Assembly: GCA_965249835.1 (NCBI GenBank)
Contig: CBDFMY010000003.1
Location: forward strand, 737,979-801,978
Direction of reading: 5' to 3'
Length of the DNA stretch: 64,000 bases
From: Candidatus Poriferihabitaceae bacterium
Lineage (GTDB): Bacteria > Pseudomonadota > Gammaproteobacteria > Arenicellales > Poriferihabitantaceae
The notes beneath the pieces are model-generated. The model had not been told where the DNA came from, ran no database searches, and saw only the letters and a list, made by a program, of their open reading frames with translations. Of the stretch, positions 27,943 to 37,470 are shown in pieces (the first letter of the stretch is position 1; each line of letters starts with the position of its first letter). The position numbers and the translations under genes were made by a program.

Positions 27943-29232
27943 TCAGCGACCGTCATCGGCAAATTTGGCAAGCGGTCGGCAATAAGTCTCGCGTAACAAC
28001 AAAATGCAAATCAACGCCAACAAGTTGGAGCCGAGCAAAACGCTGAACGCGACGGTATAAGTTTCGGCGCCATAAACGCGCGCGCCTTCCACCAGTTGTC
28101 CGTCCCAGCCGAGGTCGAGTAGCCAGCCGATTACCGGTTGCATGACCGCTCCGGAGCCGACCACGCACATGTTGACCAAGCCCATGGCGGTGGCGCTGTG
28201 CCGTGGCGAATTGACCTCGCGCATGGAACCGAACGCCACGGTCATCATCGAGCCGCTGATACCGAGAATAAAAAACAACACCGCCAACACCATCGGCACG
28301 CTGAATCCGGCAAACAACACCACCGAAAAAATTAGCGTGTTGCACAGGATGCCGATCAGCATGACCGGTTTGCGTCGACCGGTGTGGTCGGACAGCCAGC
28401 CCATTGCCGGCGCGCCGAGTGCCCAGCCGATAAATAACATGGACGAGATTTTGGCGGCGTTGGAATCTACATAACCGTGAATGTCGCGAAGCCACGGCAC
28501 CGCCCACAGCCCGGCGAAAGCAAGCATGATTGCGGTCATGCCGAAACCGATGCCGGCGCATGCCCAACTTTGCGGATTGGTGATCACCGCGAGTACGCCT
28601 TTGATGTTACTCGGCGCTTCGGGTTGCGGTTGGTTTTGTGCGCCCAGTGGTCGACGCGGAACGATGTAGAACAACGACACCGCCAACGCCACCGATACCA
28701 CGCCCAACGAACCGATTACCGTGCGCCAGCCGAATTGTTCCACCGCGTATCGCAACGGTGCTTGACCGAGCACTGCGCCGAACATGCCAATGCTCTGCAC
28801 CAATCCGGCTAACATCGCAAAGCGCGCCGGCGCGAACCAGTAGCCGGCGATGGTTAGCGTGCCGACAAATGCGAACGCCACCGAGCCGCCGATCAACGCG
28901 CGAAAAAATGATGCCGCCAATACCGATTCGCTCAGCGCGAAACCGAACGACGCCAATGCGCACACTGCCACCGCCACGCTCATCAGTTTGCGCGGGCCGA
29001 AGTGGTCGTTCAACATGCCGACCGGGATTTGGATGCTGGCGTAAGCGTAAAAATACCAACCCGACAGCGTACCGAGTGCCGCGCCGCCCACCGCAAAGTC
29101 GCGCATCCATTCGGTGGTCATAACGCTCGGTGCCACGCGATGCACGAACGCCAGCGCAAAAAACAATGCGCCCACCGAAAACGCCGCCAGCGCGCGTGCG
29201 CCGGACACTGTGCGTGGAGGCGTGTTCATCAA
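27943..29232 (-). CDS. MFS transporter
   Basis: The 429-aa ORF has 12 TM helices and GMLNDHFGPRKLM, a D-R/K-x-G-R-K-like motif. Confidence 0.8.
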   Translation of the reverse strand: MMNTPPRTVSGARALAAFSVGALFFALAFVHRVAPSVMTTEWMRDFAVGGAALGTLSGWYFYAYASIQIPVGMLNDHFGPRKLMSVAVAVCALASFGFALSESVLAASFFRALIGGSVAFAFVGTLTIAGYWFAPARFAMLAGLVQSIGMFGAVLGQAPLRYAVEQFGWRTVIGSLGVVSVALAVSLFYIVPRRPLGAQNQPQPEAPSNIKGVLAVITNPQSWACAGIGFGMTAIMLAFAGLWAVPWLRDIHGYVDSNAAKISSMLFIGWALGAPAMGWLSDHTGRRKPVMLIGILCNTLIFSVVLFAGFSVPMVLAVLFFILGISGSMMTVAFGSMREVNSPRHSATAMGLVNMCVVGSGAVMQPVIGWLLDLGWDGQLVEGARVYGAETYTVAFSVLLGSNLLALICILLLRETYCRPLAKFADDGR

Positions 29233-29411
29233 AACGAGATCAATGTGCGGTTGTTGCTGAACATGGTTGCGGTATCCGTTGTAGTGTGAACAAAAGTGCC
29301 GCGTTGCACTGCCGGCTCCGGGGGGTGATTAGCCTATTATACGAGGATTTGGTTTAGAATAGCGGCGGGCACACGTCCGCCACCGAAATCAATAGATAGG
29401 AACATACCATC

Positions 29412-30041
29412 GTGACGACACCGCCAGTCACACCACCAGTTAATGTAACCGTCTACCGCTGGGCCGGGGCATGGGGACCATTCAAGGTCTCGATTCCTTG
29501 CGGCGAATGTTCGCTTACCGGCGATGTCATCACCGATACCTTCGACAACGAACTGAAAGGAATCCCGGTGCACCTTGAGATGCTCGACTGGCTCAGCCAC
29601 TGGTGGCAACCGTTACCACGCGGCGGCTGGCACGCCCCCATCGTCATGGTGGAAGGGCGCATCATCAGCCAAGGCAAAGCATTAAATCGCGGCGTGCTGA
29701 CCCAGGCGGTAATCGAAGCGCATGTCACCCGCGCTGCGGTCACGAGCAATGTTTTGTTTGGCAAACAAACTTGTCCGCACTGCGCACGCGCCAAAAGTTA
29801 TCTCGACCAGGCCGGCGTCGACTATGTGTATCACGATGTGGTCAAAGAACCGCGCGCATTGTATGAAATGCTGGCGCGAGTGAAACCGATCATCGGCGCG
29901 AAAACACCGGTAACGGTGCCGCAAATCTGGTTGGATGGAACATACATTGGCGGCGCCGATGAGTTATCGGAAGCCTTGCAAATGGAAATAGTCGCCAACA
30001 CCGACCGCGGCCAATGCTCGCTGTCGCCGGGGCGGTTGTAG
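29412..30041 (+). CDS. Two-domain redox protein with an N-terminal CGEC domain and a C-terminal glutaredoxin
   Basis: The start codon is GTG. The C-terminal half contains GKQTCPHCARAKSYLDQAGVDYVYHDV...VPQIWLDGTYIGGADEL, a glutaredoxin fold. The N-terminal half carries IPCGECS. Confidence 0.7.
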   Translation: MTTPPVTPPVNVTVYRWAGAWGPFKVSIPCGECSLTGDVITDTFDNELKGIPVHLEMLDWLSHWWQPLPRGGWHAPIVMVEGRIISQGKALNRGVLTQAVIEAHVTRAAVTSNVLFGKQTCPHCARAKSYLDQAGVDYVYHDVVKEPRALYEMLARVKPIIGAKTPVTVPQIWLDGTYIGGADELSEALQMEIVANTDRGQCSLSPGRL

Positions 30042-30188
30042 CCGCAGGGGTGACGGTGTCGGGCCGGCTGCCCGAAAAATGTGGTTATACCCAACCCGGC
30101 TTTTCCTTCACATTGCCCTTTTCTTTCGAAAAAACGAAACCTACCGATTCACTGAGGGCGAAACCGAACCAACCCAAAACGGACGGCA

Positions 30189-31799
30189 TCAGTTGGAGCG
30201 GGCGGCGATATATTGATCCACGGCGCGCAGGTAGGGCACATATGTTTCGGTGAAGTCCCATTCAACGGCATCCCACAGCCGATCTTCCAGCACCTCGGCC
30301 ATCAGGGAATAGTGCGTAATCATGGCTTCGACTATTTCCATGGGCGATGCGTCGAGCCGCGTCCCCAAGCCGAGGATGGCTTGGGTGAGTAGCCCGTTCA
30401 ACTCCATCAGGTATTCCACGTTGGCGCTACTGTCGAGGTCGGCGGCGGTGAATATCTTTTTTTCCACATCGTAAAATTCCGTGATGGCGTAGCGCACCAC
30501 CTTGACGGCCACCGCGAAATAACGGGGGTCGTTGAAACGCAGGGCTGCATCGGTAAACAGCTTTGCCACATGTGCATGATCCGACAACCCGCTGGTCGCC
30601 CGCCATTCGCTGTCAGCCAACGCATAGTAGCGATTCATGCCAGCGTTCGTCATCACCATCTCAGCCAGAAAATCAAGTGATTGCTTTATTTTTCTTTCCA
30701 GCCCCCGGTCTTCGTGGTAGTCGGCCACTTGAATCAAATAACCAAGGGCAATCGCCAGACGGTCGGTAAAGACTTTGTCCATTACCTTGGGCTTTGTTGC
30801 GGTGCTTCTGTGCTTCTTGTTGAGAAAATAATAGTTGGTGTCGGCTATCTGAAAACTCAAAAAAGTTCCCGGGTTTGCATGGAATAAAGTGGAGGTAAGG
30901 TAAGCCAGAGTGGCGTCCGCAGCTTTTTTCAATTTTGCTGAAGGAGCAAGCCGGTTCAATTGATACAACAAAAGAATTGCCCCTGCGTTCAAGTCGGAGA
31001 ATTTTTCGTAGTGCAAAATTTGCCAGTTGCGTTTTTCCGCATAACGAAAAAACCCCCCTTCCACCGGGTCGTAAATTCGATCAATCGCCCGCTCGAGGGT
31101 TTTGGCAATCCACTGCACTGCCTGCTCGTGGCCCGACGCGTCGGCATTTTCCAACAAATACAAAAAAGTTCGCGGCTGTATTGCCTTTTGTCCCTTGCCC
31201 AGTCCATATTCTTGCGGATCAAAATTATCCAACACGCCTTGGGTAAAAATCCCGGACAGGGCTTCCAAGTTGGCCGGCGTCAGACTTTTTGGCGGAGTGT
31301 ATTTGACCTGGTTTGACTCCATTCCGATGGCATGTTTTCCAACCCCCGCTTCAGCCGCCACTTCTTTTATGACATCCAGAAAATCGTCGCCGTATAACGT
31401 GCCGGCATACTGGTAGTAAATGGAGCGGTCCGGATTGAGAAACACGGTGTACGGCAGACCGGTGGCGTGGTATTGGGCGTACGCGGAACCATGCACATCT
31501 ACGTCAATAAATAGGTTGATAAAATTTTCATTCAAATAGTCCGCCACGTCCTCTCTGACCAGCGTGTTCTCCGCAAACTCGTGGCACCAGTGACACCACT
31601 CGGCCGAAAATAGGAGAAAATACGGTTTGTTTTTTTGCCCGGAATCAACCGGTGCGTCTGCGGATGCGCCATCCTGAAAACGTTGGAGGCCCGCCGTGGA
31701 GTATTCTTTGAAGTCAACCAGCGAATCCCGGTGTTCATAGGCAAGGCCCACAGAAACCTGCAAGATCATCACCAAAACAAGGTGCCGGGCAACTTTCAT
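30189..31799 (-). CDS. Secreted thioredoxin-domain protein (DUF255/YyaL-like, with an alpha/alpha-toroid C-terminal domain)
   Basis: I chose the start at MKVARHLVLVMILQVSVGLA (a signal peptide), just after the SCO1 stop codon. The protein contains KPYFLLFSAEWCHWCHEF, a thioredoxin-like CxxC motif. Confidence 0.7.
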   Translation of the reverse strand: MKVARHLVLVMILQVSVGLAYEHRDSLVDFKEYSTAGLQRFQDGASADAPVDSGQKNKPYFLLFSAEWCHWCHEFAENTLVREDVADYLNENFINLFIDVDVHGSAYAQYHATGLPYTVFLNPDRSIYYQYAGTLYGDDFLDVIKEVAAEAGVGKHAIGMESNQVKYTPPKSLTPANLEALSGIFTQGVLDNFDPQEYGLGKGQKAIQPRTFLYLLENADASGHEQAVQWIAKTLERAIDRIYDPVEGGFFRYAEKRNWQILHYEKFSDLNAGAILLLYQLNRLAPSAKLKKAADATLAYLTSTLFHANPGTFLSFQIADTNYYFLNKKHRSTATKPKVMDKVFTDRLAIALGYLIQVADYHEDRGLERKIKQSLDFLAEMVMTNAGMNRYYALADSEWRATSGLSDHAHVAKLFTDAALRFNDPRYFAVAVKVVRYAITEFYDVEKKIFTAADLDSSANVEYLMELNGLLTQAILGLGTRLDASPMEIVEAMITHYSLMAEVLEDRLWDAVEWDFTETYVPYLRAVDQYIAARSN

Positions 31800-31806
31800 T
31801 GTGCTT

Positions 31807-32406
31807 TCAGTGGCTTGGGGGGAGAACTTTTCTGATACGGGCGGCAATTTCCCGGCTGCCGGCGGACCATCCAATTCTCTCTTCCAGCAACTCGCCCGCC
31901 GAATCGACAACAAGGACATCAGTGGTGTGATAGATTGCGTATCCACGTTCCGAACTCGGCTCCTCTCTCCTTTCAAAAGCCACGCCGTATTTTTTTACCA
32001 CTTCGCCGAGGGTTTCCTCATCGGCGGTTACACCAATGATTTTCGGATGAAATAATTGCGTGTATTTTCGCAACACTTCCGGGGTATCCCGGCCGGGGTC
32101 GAGGCTTACAAACAACGCTTCGACCTTTTCAAGTTCTTCTTCGCTTAACTCCGAGAACACTTTTGATAAAGTCCACAGCACCATCGGGCAGACATCCACA
32201 CAAGACGTATACCCAAAAAATAACAGAACGACTTTGCCGCGCAATTCGCGGATGGAAACCGGGCCATCGAAGGATTGCAAGGTAACGTCCCCGCCCTTCC
32301 CGCGAAGTTGCCGGGCTTCCAATTCATGGGCGCCGGCAATGGTCGCCAATGAACCGTGCATCACAACAATCGCCAGTGCCTTAGTAATCCATTTCTTCAA
32401 GCACAT
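31807..32406 (-). CDS. SCO1/SenC family copper chaperone / thiol-disulfide oxidoreductase
   Basis: The 199-aa ORF has a signal/anchor sequence and FFGYTSCVDVCP, a CxxxCP motif. Confidence 0.85.
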   Translation of the reverse strand: MCLKKWITKALAIVVMHGSLATIAGAHELEARQLRGKGGDVTLQSFDGPVSIRELRGKVVLLFFGYTSCVDVCPMVLWTLSKVFSELSEEELEKVEALFVSLDPGRDTPEVLRKYTQLFHPKIIGVTADEETLGEVVKKYGVAFERREEPSSERGYAIYHTTDVLVVDSAGELLEERIGWSAGSREIAARIRKVLPPSH

Positions 32407-32803
32407 CGATCATATCCTTTTCGAGTTTGGTAGCCACCCGCATCAGCGGTTGTGAAGCATACAATGCCGCAAAGGCGGTTGGCTTGAGGAAAGAAATATT
32501 CACGTCGGCGGTTTCGTTTTTTTGGTATACGACGAATCTAACCGGCATAAAAACACCCGCGCTTAAATCCGCTGAAATTAATTCACTGCAACTGTTCAGG
32601 TTGCAAAATTCGACGATTTTGTAGTGCTTGAATTCGGCAACCACATCAATGCCGTGTTGACGTCTTTGGTGAATATTGTCGATGTGATTTATTTTGGTAA
32701 CGCGGTAATTGCGCGTCTTGATTTCCGTTACAAGGTCATCGAGCAGGTTGTCAAAATTTTTTGTTTTATATTGTTTACCAAAGATATCCCGGTTGATGTT
32801 CAC
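32381..32803 (-). CDS. DUF302 domain protein
   Basis: The 140-aa ORF has a pattern (YKIVEFCN...AGVFMPVRFVVYQ) typical of DUF302. Confidence 0.65.
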   Translation of the reverse strand: MNINRDIFGKQYKTKNFDNLLDDLVTEIKTRNYRVTKINHIDNIHQRRQHGIDVVAEFKHYKIVEFCNLNSCSELISADLSAGVFMPVRFVVYQKNETADVNISFLKPTAFAALYASQPLMRVATKLEKDMIDVLEEMDY

Positions 32804-32827
32804 GATGCCAGTCCAAAGAGAACTCGT

Positions 32828-33529
32828 TTACCCGGGCTTTTTCAGGGTTTTGATGTAATTGATTAAGTCCCAACGCTGGTTCTCCGGCAGAATCACCCCC
32901 CACGGCGGCATTTCATTGCGACCGTTGGTTATAAACCAGAACAAGTAACCGTCAGCGGATGAGTCGGCGTTGTTCCAAACCCAAAGTTGACGTGGAAAGG
33001 TCGTAATGCCATGCGCGGCGGGACCGTGGCCGCCACCATTCAAGCCGTGGCAAGTGGCGCAATAATGCTCAAACAACTGTTTGCCGCGGCCAATGGATTC
33101 GGCGGAAGCTTGGACCGGGTTGGTAACGACGGGTATGTCCGGCGGTGCCGGGCCGAATCGGGCGATCGCTTTTTGTTCTTCGTCGGTATAGGCGGCATTG
33201 TTCATCGGCGCGCCTTTATGGACGCGGTATTTATGCCCGGCCGGGTCTTCAATGGCGGCGATGGTTTTTTCAATGTCTTCTCTGGAATGCTGGTCTAAAT
33301 CGAACCGCACGGTCAGCACCGGCCAGCCCGATTCGGTGTTTTTCAGGTTCAGATTTACCACGCTGACCTTCGGCTCTTGTTCAAGTGCGGCGGTCAGCGC
33401 CCTTGGACTGGCCGGCGAAATCAATCCTTCTATTTCAAATTTTTCTGTAGTGAACGCGGCGAAAGCTCCGGTGCCGGTCATCAACGCGGCCAACAGTATC
33501 GTGCCGCCCGCGAACCATTTTTTTTTCAC
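32828..33529 (-). CDS. Periplasmic c-type cytochrome with an N-terminal ferredoxin-like (HMA-like) domain
   Basis: The protein has a signal peptide, a CATCHG haem-binding site and a distal MPPWG motif. Confidence 0.8.
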   Translation of the reverse strand: MKKKWFAGGTILLAALMTGTGAFAAFTTEKFEIEGLISPASPRALTAALEQEPKVSVVNLNLKNTESGWPVLTVRFDLDQHSREDIEKTIAAIEDPAGHKYRVHKGAPMNNAAYTDEEQKAIARFGPAPPDIPVVTNPVQASAESIGRGKQLFEHYCATCHGLNGGGHGPAAHGITTFPRQLWVWNNADSSADGYLFWFITNGRNEMPPWGVILPENQRWDLINYIKTLKKPG

Positions 33530-33544
33530 TTGGCTATCACCGAC

Positions 33545-33898
33545 TCATGAGGTGAATTTAATGTCTTCAGATATTTCCCAGCGCTCGCCGGTGTTATCAA
33601 TAAACACGACATTAACCGGGGCTTCCTTGACCGCCTTCAGTTTGAAGGTGAAAAGTGGATTATCTGCGATCGCCGAAGTCATGCTGAATCTGCTGACCAA
33701 AGCATCATCGTAATACACCAGCATGCTTCTGATGAAAGTAACCGGCACTGCACGATTAAACATCGGATTGGTCGAGGTATCCACCTGACCAAGCCCGGTA
33801 AAAGACGGGTGTTCAAATCGGACTTTTATCTTGACGACCTGGTCTTTCTTAACGCGCCGCCCAATTCTCATTCGCGGTGGTTTTATATTCGCTGCCAT
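33545..33898 (-). CDS. soxZ: SoxZ-like sulfur carrier subunit
   Basis: The 117-aa ORF has VVKIKVRFEHPSFTG...FIRSMLVYYDDALVSRFSMTSAIADNPLFTFKLKA, which matches the SoxZ family pattern. Confidence 0.7.
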   Translation of the reverse strand: MAANIKPPRMRIGRRVKKDQVVKIKVRFEHPSFTGLGQVDTSTNPMFNRAVPVTFIRSMLVYYDDALVSRFSMTSAIADNPLFTFKLKAVKEAPVNVVFIDNTGERWEISEDIKFTS

Positions 33899-33932
33899 TT
33901 GTTTCCTCCTGCGTGAATTCCAGCAAAAATTT

Positions 33933-35546
33933 CTATCGGGGTCCCAATCGCGGCGTTATTCTTGCATCAAGCGTCGCGTTGAGCGGTGAATTTTCGCGGA
34001 TGTGTTCGATTAATTCTTCCACGAATACCTTGCCGGTGTCAACCACATTGCGGGCGCCGAACAACGGGTTTTCCTGGAACCGCGTATTCACCGAGGCAAC
34101 CGTATAACTCTTGTCCATCAGGAACGGCTGGCCGCCGGTCATGGTCATGGATGTGATTCGTTCGCCCGGCGCGTTGGCGCGGTCATGCACAATATCCAAC
34201 CCGGAAAATCTAATCATGTCCCCGCCAACCCGTGAATAAGGGTCTTCGTTAGTGACCCCGTCGAGAATGTTCTCAAGCAAGGTTTTGATTTCTCTGCCCA
34301 TCATGGAGTAGGTAATGATACGTCCGCCGGTGGGAACGATATTGTAAACATCTTCCACGGTAATTTCGCCGGGCATCAACGTGGCACCGTAACGCCAGGC
34401 GGGGAAAAAACTAATATCGGTCGCCTGCATACTGCGCAATGAATCGGTAATGAGATTGCCCACGGTGCTTTGCCAGTAATCCCGGCGATAGAGCAATGCA
34501 TCGGTATGCCCGATAACTTCATTCAACCGGTCAGCGTGTGGTTGGTATGCCTCCTCAACCAGTCTGGCGACTTCCGGGTCTGCGGCGGTGAAGTCTTGGT
34601 TAACCTTGATCAATTGGTAATCAAAACTTTCGACGCGTTTGTTTTTCACTTCAAGGTCGAGGCTTGAGACAAATTTTCCGAGCGTGCCACCTTCATAAAT
34701 AATGGTGCCGTTCCACACTACCGGATCGAAAACCGGGTTATGCGTATGCCCGCTGATGATTACGTCTATGCCATCGACGCGCTGTGCAAATTTCTGGTCC
34801 ATACCGAAACCCGCGTGGGAGATAAAAACGATCAAGTCGGGGTTTTCTTCGAGTTTGATTTGCTCGATTAATTCTCTGGCTTCGCTTTCCTTGATGCCAA
34901 AATTCCACCACTTGGCGCTACCGCGAATTGCCGTGGTAAGCGCCGTCCACGGGTAGGTCATGCCCACCACCGCCACCTTGAGATTGCCGACTTTCTTTAT
35001 TATGTATTGCTCCAGCACCGGGTCGCCCCAGTCTTTGTCGGTAAGGTTGTAGGCAATAACCGAAAAATTGGCTTGGTCGATGAGGTCTAAAAAATGCTCC
35101 TTGCTGTAAACAAATTCCCAGTTGCCCGGCACCATGGCATCATACCCAATCGCGTTCATCACCTTGACCATTGACCGGCCCTTGTCGAAAGCGGATAGAC
35201 CGGAGCCGTGCCAAGTGTCGCCGCTGTCCACAATAAGCGTTTTTCCGGGTTTTTCCGCGCGAAATTTTTTGATTACCGTTGCGACATGCGCCATGCCGCC
35301 AACTCTGCCCTCATAAACCGCCTTTTGCGCGTAGTCACCATCCGATGATTGAACGCCCCAGGGTTTCGGCTCATCCAAATGCCGGTAATAAACCGGACGC
35401 AGATAACTGTGAATGTCATTGGTGCTGATGATGCGAATTTGCTCGGTGTCCGCCACCACCGCCGATTGACCAACACCAAACGTAAGCAAGAACACAAGTG
35501 GCCAGCCGACAAACCCGCTTCTTTGGCGACCACCACCGACAGACAT
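33933..35546 (-). CDS. SoxB-like bifunctional metallophosphatase/5'-nucleotidase family protein
   Basis: I chose the start at MSVGGGRQRSGFVGWPLVFLL (35546), 5 nt after the soxY stop codon. The protein contains STNDIHSY, GDTWHGSG, GNWEF and ISGHTH metallophosphatase motifs and a 5'-nucleotidase C-terminal domain. Confidence 0.7.
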   Translation of the reverse strand: MSVGGGRQRSGFVGWPLVFLLTFGVGQSAVVADTEQIRIISTNDIHSYLRPVYYRHLDEPKPWGVQSSDGDYAQKAVYEGRVGGMAHVATVIKKFRAEKPGKTLIVDSGDTWHGSGLSAFDKGRSMVKVMNAIGYDAMVPGNWEFVYSKEHFLDLIDQANFSVIAYNLTDKDWGDPVLEQYIIKKVGNLKVAVVGMTYPWTALTTAIRGSAKWWNFGIKESEARELIEQIKLEENPDLIVFISHAGFGMDQKFAQRVDGIDVIISGHTHNPVFDPVVWNGTIIYEGGTLGKFVSSLDLEVKNKRVESFDYQLIKVNQDFTAADPEVARLVEEAYQPHADRLNEVIGHTDALLYRRDYWQSTVGNLITDSLRSMQATDISFFPAWRYGATLMPGEITVEDVYNIVPTGGRIITYSMMGREIKTLLENILDGVTNEDPYSRVGGDMIRFSGLDIVHDRANAPGERITSMTMTGGQPFLMDKSYTVASVNTRFQENPLFGARNVVDTGKVFVEELIEHIRENSPLNATLDARITPRLGPR

Positions 35547-35550
35547 CGGC

Positions 35551-36015
35551 TCAGCAACCGCCGGCGGCGACCTTGGTATCACTGCTGACCGCCCATTTCC
35601 CATGTTGATTACATTCGGCCACAACCCAGACCGAGCTTTCTCCGCCGTTGAGCCGGATCTGCGTACCGATGAACGCCTCACCGTTGGCCGGCGAAAAATA
35701 AAACTTCCCCTTGGTCTGCACCGGGTCGTTGAAACCGATAATCTGTATGCTCTTTATGTAGTGGTGCTCTTCCATCGGGTGTTCCATCTCCACTTGTATC
35801 GGCGCCTGGCTTCCATCTTCCACCACCGGCGGAAGCGTTACCTTGACCAAGTGCATGCGCTCCATCTCGGTCAAATTTTTCGGGTCAACCACAAAGTTGA
35901 ATGCGCTGGCATGCGCCGAATCCGGCAAGCCAAAACCCCAGGAAATCGGAACGGCAATGCCGCCGACCATTGCATAGCGCAGAAAATCGCGCCGGGTATG
36001 TGTGTGTTTCATCAT
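35551..36015 (-). CDS. soxY: SoxY-like sulfur carrier protein (Tat signal, C-terminal GGC)
   Basis: The 154-aa ORF has a twin-arginine motif (TRRDFLRY) and ends ...KVAAGGC, with the swinging-arm cysteine at the C-terminus. Confidence 0.7.
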   Translation of the reverse strand: MMKHTHTRRDFLRYAMVGGIAVPISWGFGLPDSAHASAFNFVVDPKNLTEMERMHLVKVTLPPVVEDGSQAPIQVEMEHPMEEHHYIKSIQIIGFNDPVQTKGKFYFSPANGEAFIGTQIRLNGGESSVWVVAECNQHGKWAVSSDTKVAAGGC

Positions 36016-36097
36016 TAAAAATTCCTCGCTTTTAGCGATACACGACCTGAAGCCCGAACATCAAGAGCCACAGGTCGCGCTTAAAAAATTAATCGCA

Positions 36098-37396
36098 TCA
36101 GTTTAATGCCGCTCGAAGCGCTTCCGGACTGGGCACCCACCTGACACCATTGTTCTGAATACCCGCATCGAGGTCGGTGGTAATCACATCCCACTCCATG
36201 GGATCGGCCGATGAGGTATCCACCAAGGTTGCAACTGTTTCTTTTTTGGTGGAAACCACCGCACGGGTACCCTTCGGGTTGAAGGCGATATTGTGCGGAC
36301 CCAACCCGGTATGGATGTTTTTGATGGCAATATCTTCGCGGGTGTCGATTACCGTGATGATGTCCGATTTCCCGGATTCATTGGCAAACAAACCGTAGCG
36401 CGTGTTGGCCGGATTCAGGTAAAAACGATTGGCGTCAGGCCCGGTTTCGATTACCTTGAGCAATTCCAGTTTGTCCATACCGATCACGGCAACGCTGCCC
36501 GCCTTGCGCAAGCCGGCATAGCATTTGGAACCATCCGGCAGACAAGTGATATTGCCGCCACCGCCGGGGACTTTCACGGTTTTGACCGGCTTGCCGGAGT
36601 CGGTATCCAGAAAAACAACCACGCCTTTGCCTGCGGCCATGAAGTATCTGCCATCGGGAGACATGGCGCCGGCCCGGCCACCGGGGATGGGAATCATGCT
36701 GATTTCTTTGCGCGACTTGACATCAACGACAGACACCCCTTTCGGCTCCTGCTGGCACGTGGTGAAAACCTTGGAGTCGTCCAGAGTGAACATTGCATCA
36801 CGCGCACCGTGGCAACTTATCTCAATGGTCTCGAGCGGCCTTCTGGTCGCGGTGTTCAGGAAAGTCAAATAACCGTGCTCCTTGTCCAGAATATTGCCAA
36901 CCACCGCCAGCGGCTTGGTGTAAGCAAAGCCCACATGCAACGGGGCGATGACCTTTTTCCCATTCATGCTGACACCGAACTTGTCCACCACTTCCTGGCT
37001 AAGCAAATCAATGGTCCAGAATTGATCGCTTTCATAGCGCTGGGAAGACCACGCATAGCGTGCGCCGGGTATAATCCAAATGTGATGATTTCCGGTTTCG
37101 CCCATGGCTATTTTTTTGATGGTCTCACCTTTCTCATAATCCACCACCGAAACCGTCGGCTCACCTTGATTATCAATCAAAAAATTTCCCGGCATATCTC
37201 GTACCGCCGCCCAATCCATGCGCACGGTGTTCTGCGGGTCGAGGAACACCAACGATTGATATTCCTCGATGCTCATGCCTTCGGTGGGCGCGCCGAATCT
37301 CTGGGCGGCGGCACTACCGGCGCCGACCAACATGGCGACCCCAAACACAGAAACGAAGGCCAGCATTGCCGACCGTATCAATGATTTTTCTTTCAT
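36098..37396 (-). CDS. Secreted beta-propeller protein (YVTN/NosZ-like repeats), possible metalloenzyme
   Basis: The 432-aa ORF has a signal peptide, repeated beta-strand blades, and histidine motifs GNHHIW, HVGFAY, CHGARD and GPHNIAF. Confidence 0.55.
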   Translation of the reverse strand: MKEKSLIRSAMLAFVSVFGVAMLVGAGSAAAQRFGAPTEGMSIEEYQSLVFLDPQNTVRMDWAAVRDMPGNFLIDNQGEPTVSVVDYEKGETIKKIAMGETGNHHIWIIPGARYAWSSQRYESDQFWTIDLLSQEVVDKFGVSMNGKKVIAPLHVGFAYTKPLAVVGNILDKEHGYLTFLNTATRRPLETIEISCHGARDAMFTLDDSKVFTTCQQEPKGVSVVDVKSRKEISMIPIPGGRAGAMSPDGRYFMAAGKGVVVFLDTDSGKPVKTVKVPGGGGNITCLPDGSKCYAGLRKAGSVAVIGMDKLELLKVIETGPDANRFYLNPANTRYGLFANESGKSDIITVIDTREDIAIKNIHTGLGPHNIAFNPKGTRAVVSTKKETVATLVDTSSADPMEWDVITTDLDAGIQNNGVRWVPSPEALRAALN

Positions 37397-37470
37397 GACT
37401 TCCTCCCACGCAAATGCGTATCTATTATGAAACTACAAAATTAAACAAGTAACGGTTTATATCATCGTTG

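Noticed and set aside
35547-35681. The N-terminal extension of the SoxB-like ORF, which overlaps soxY by 130 nt.
   Set aside because: The internal ATG at 35546 is followed by a signal-peptide-like sequence and lies 5 nt after the soxY stop codon, so the extension is probably not translated.
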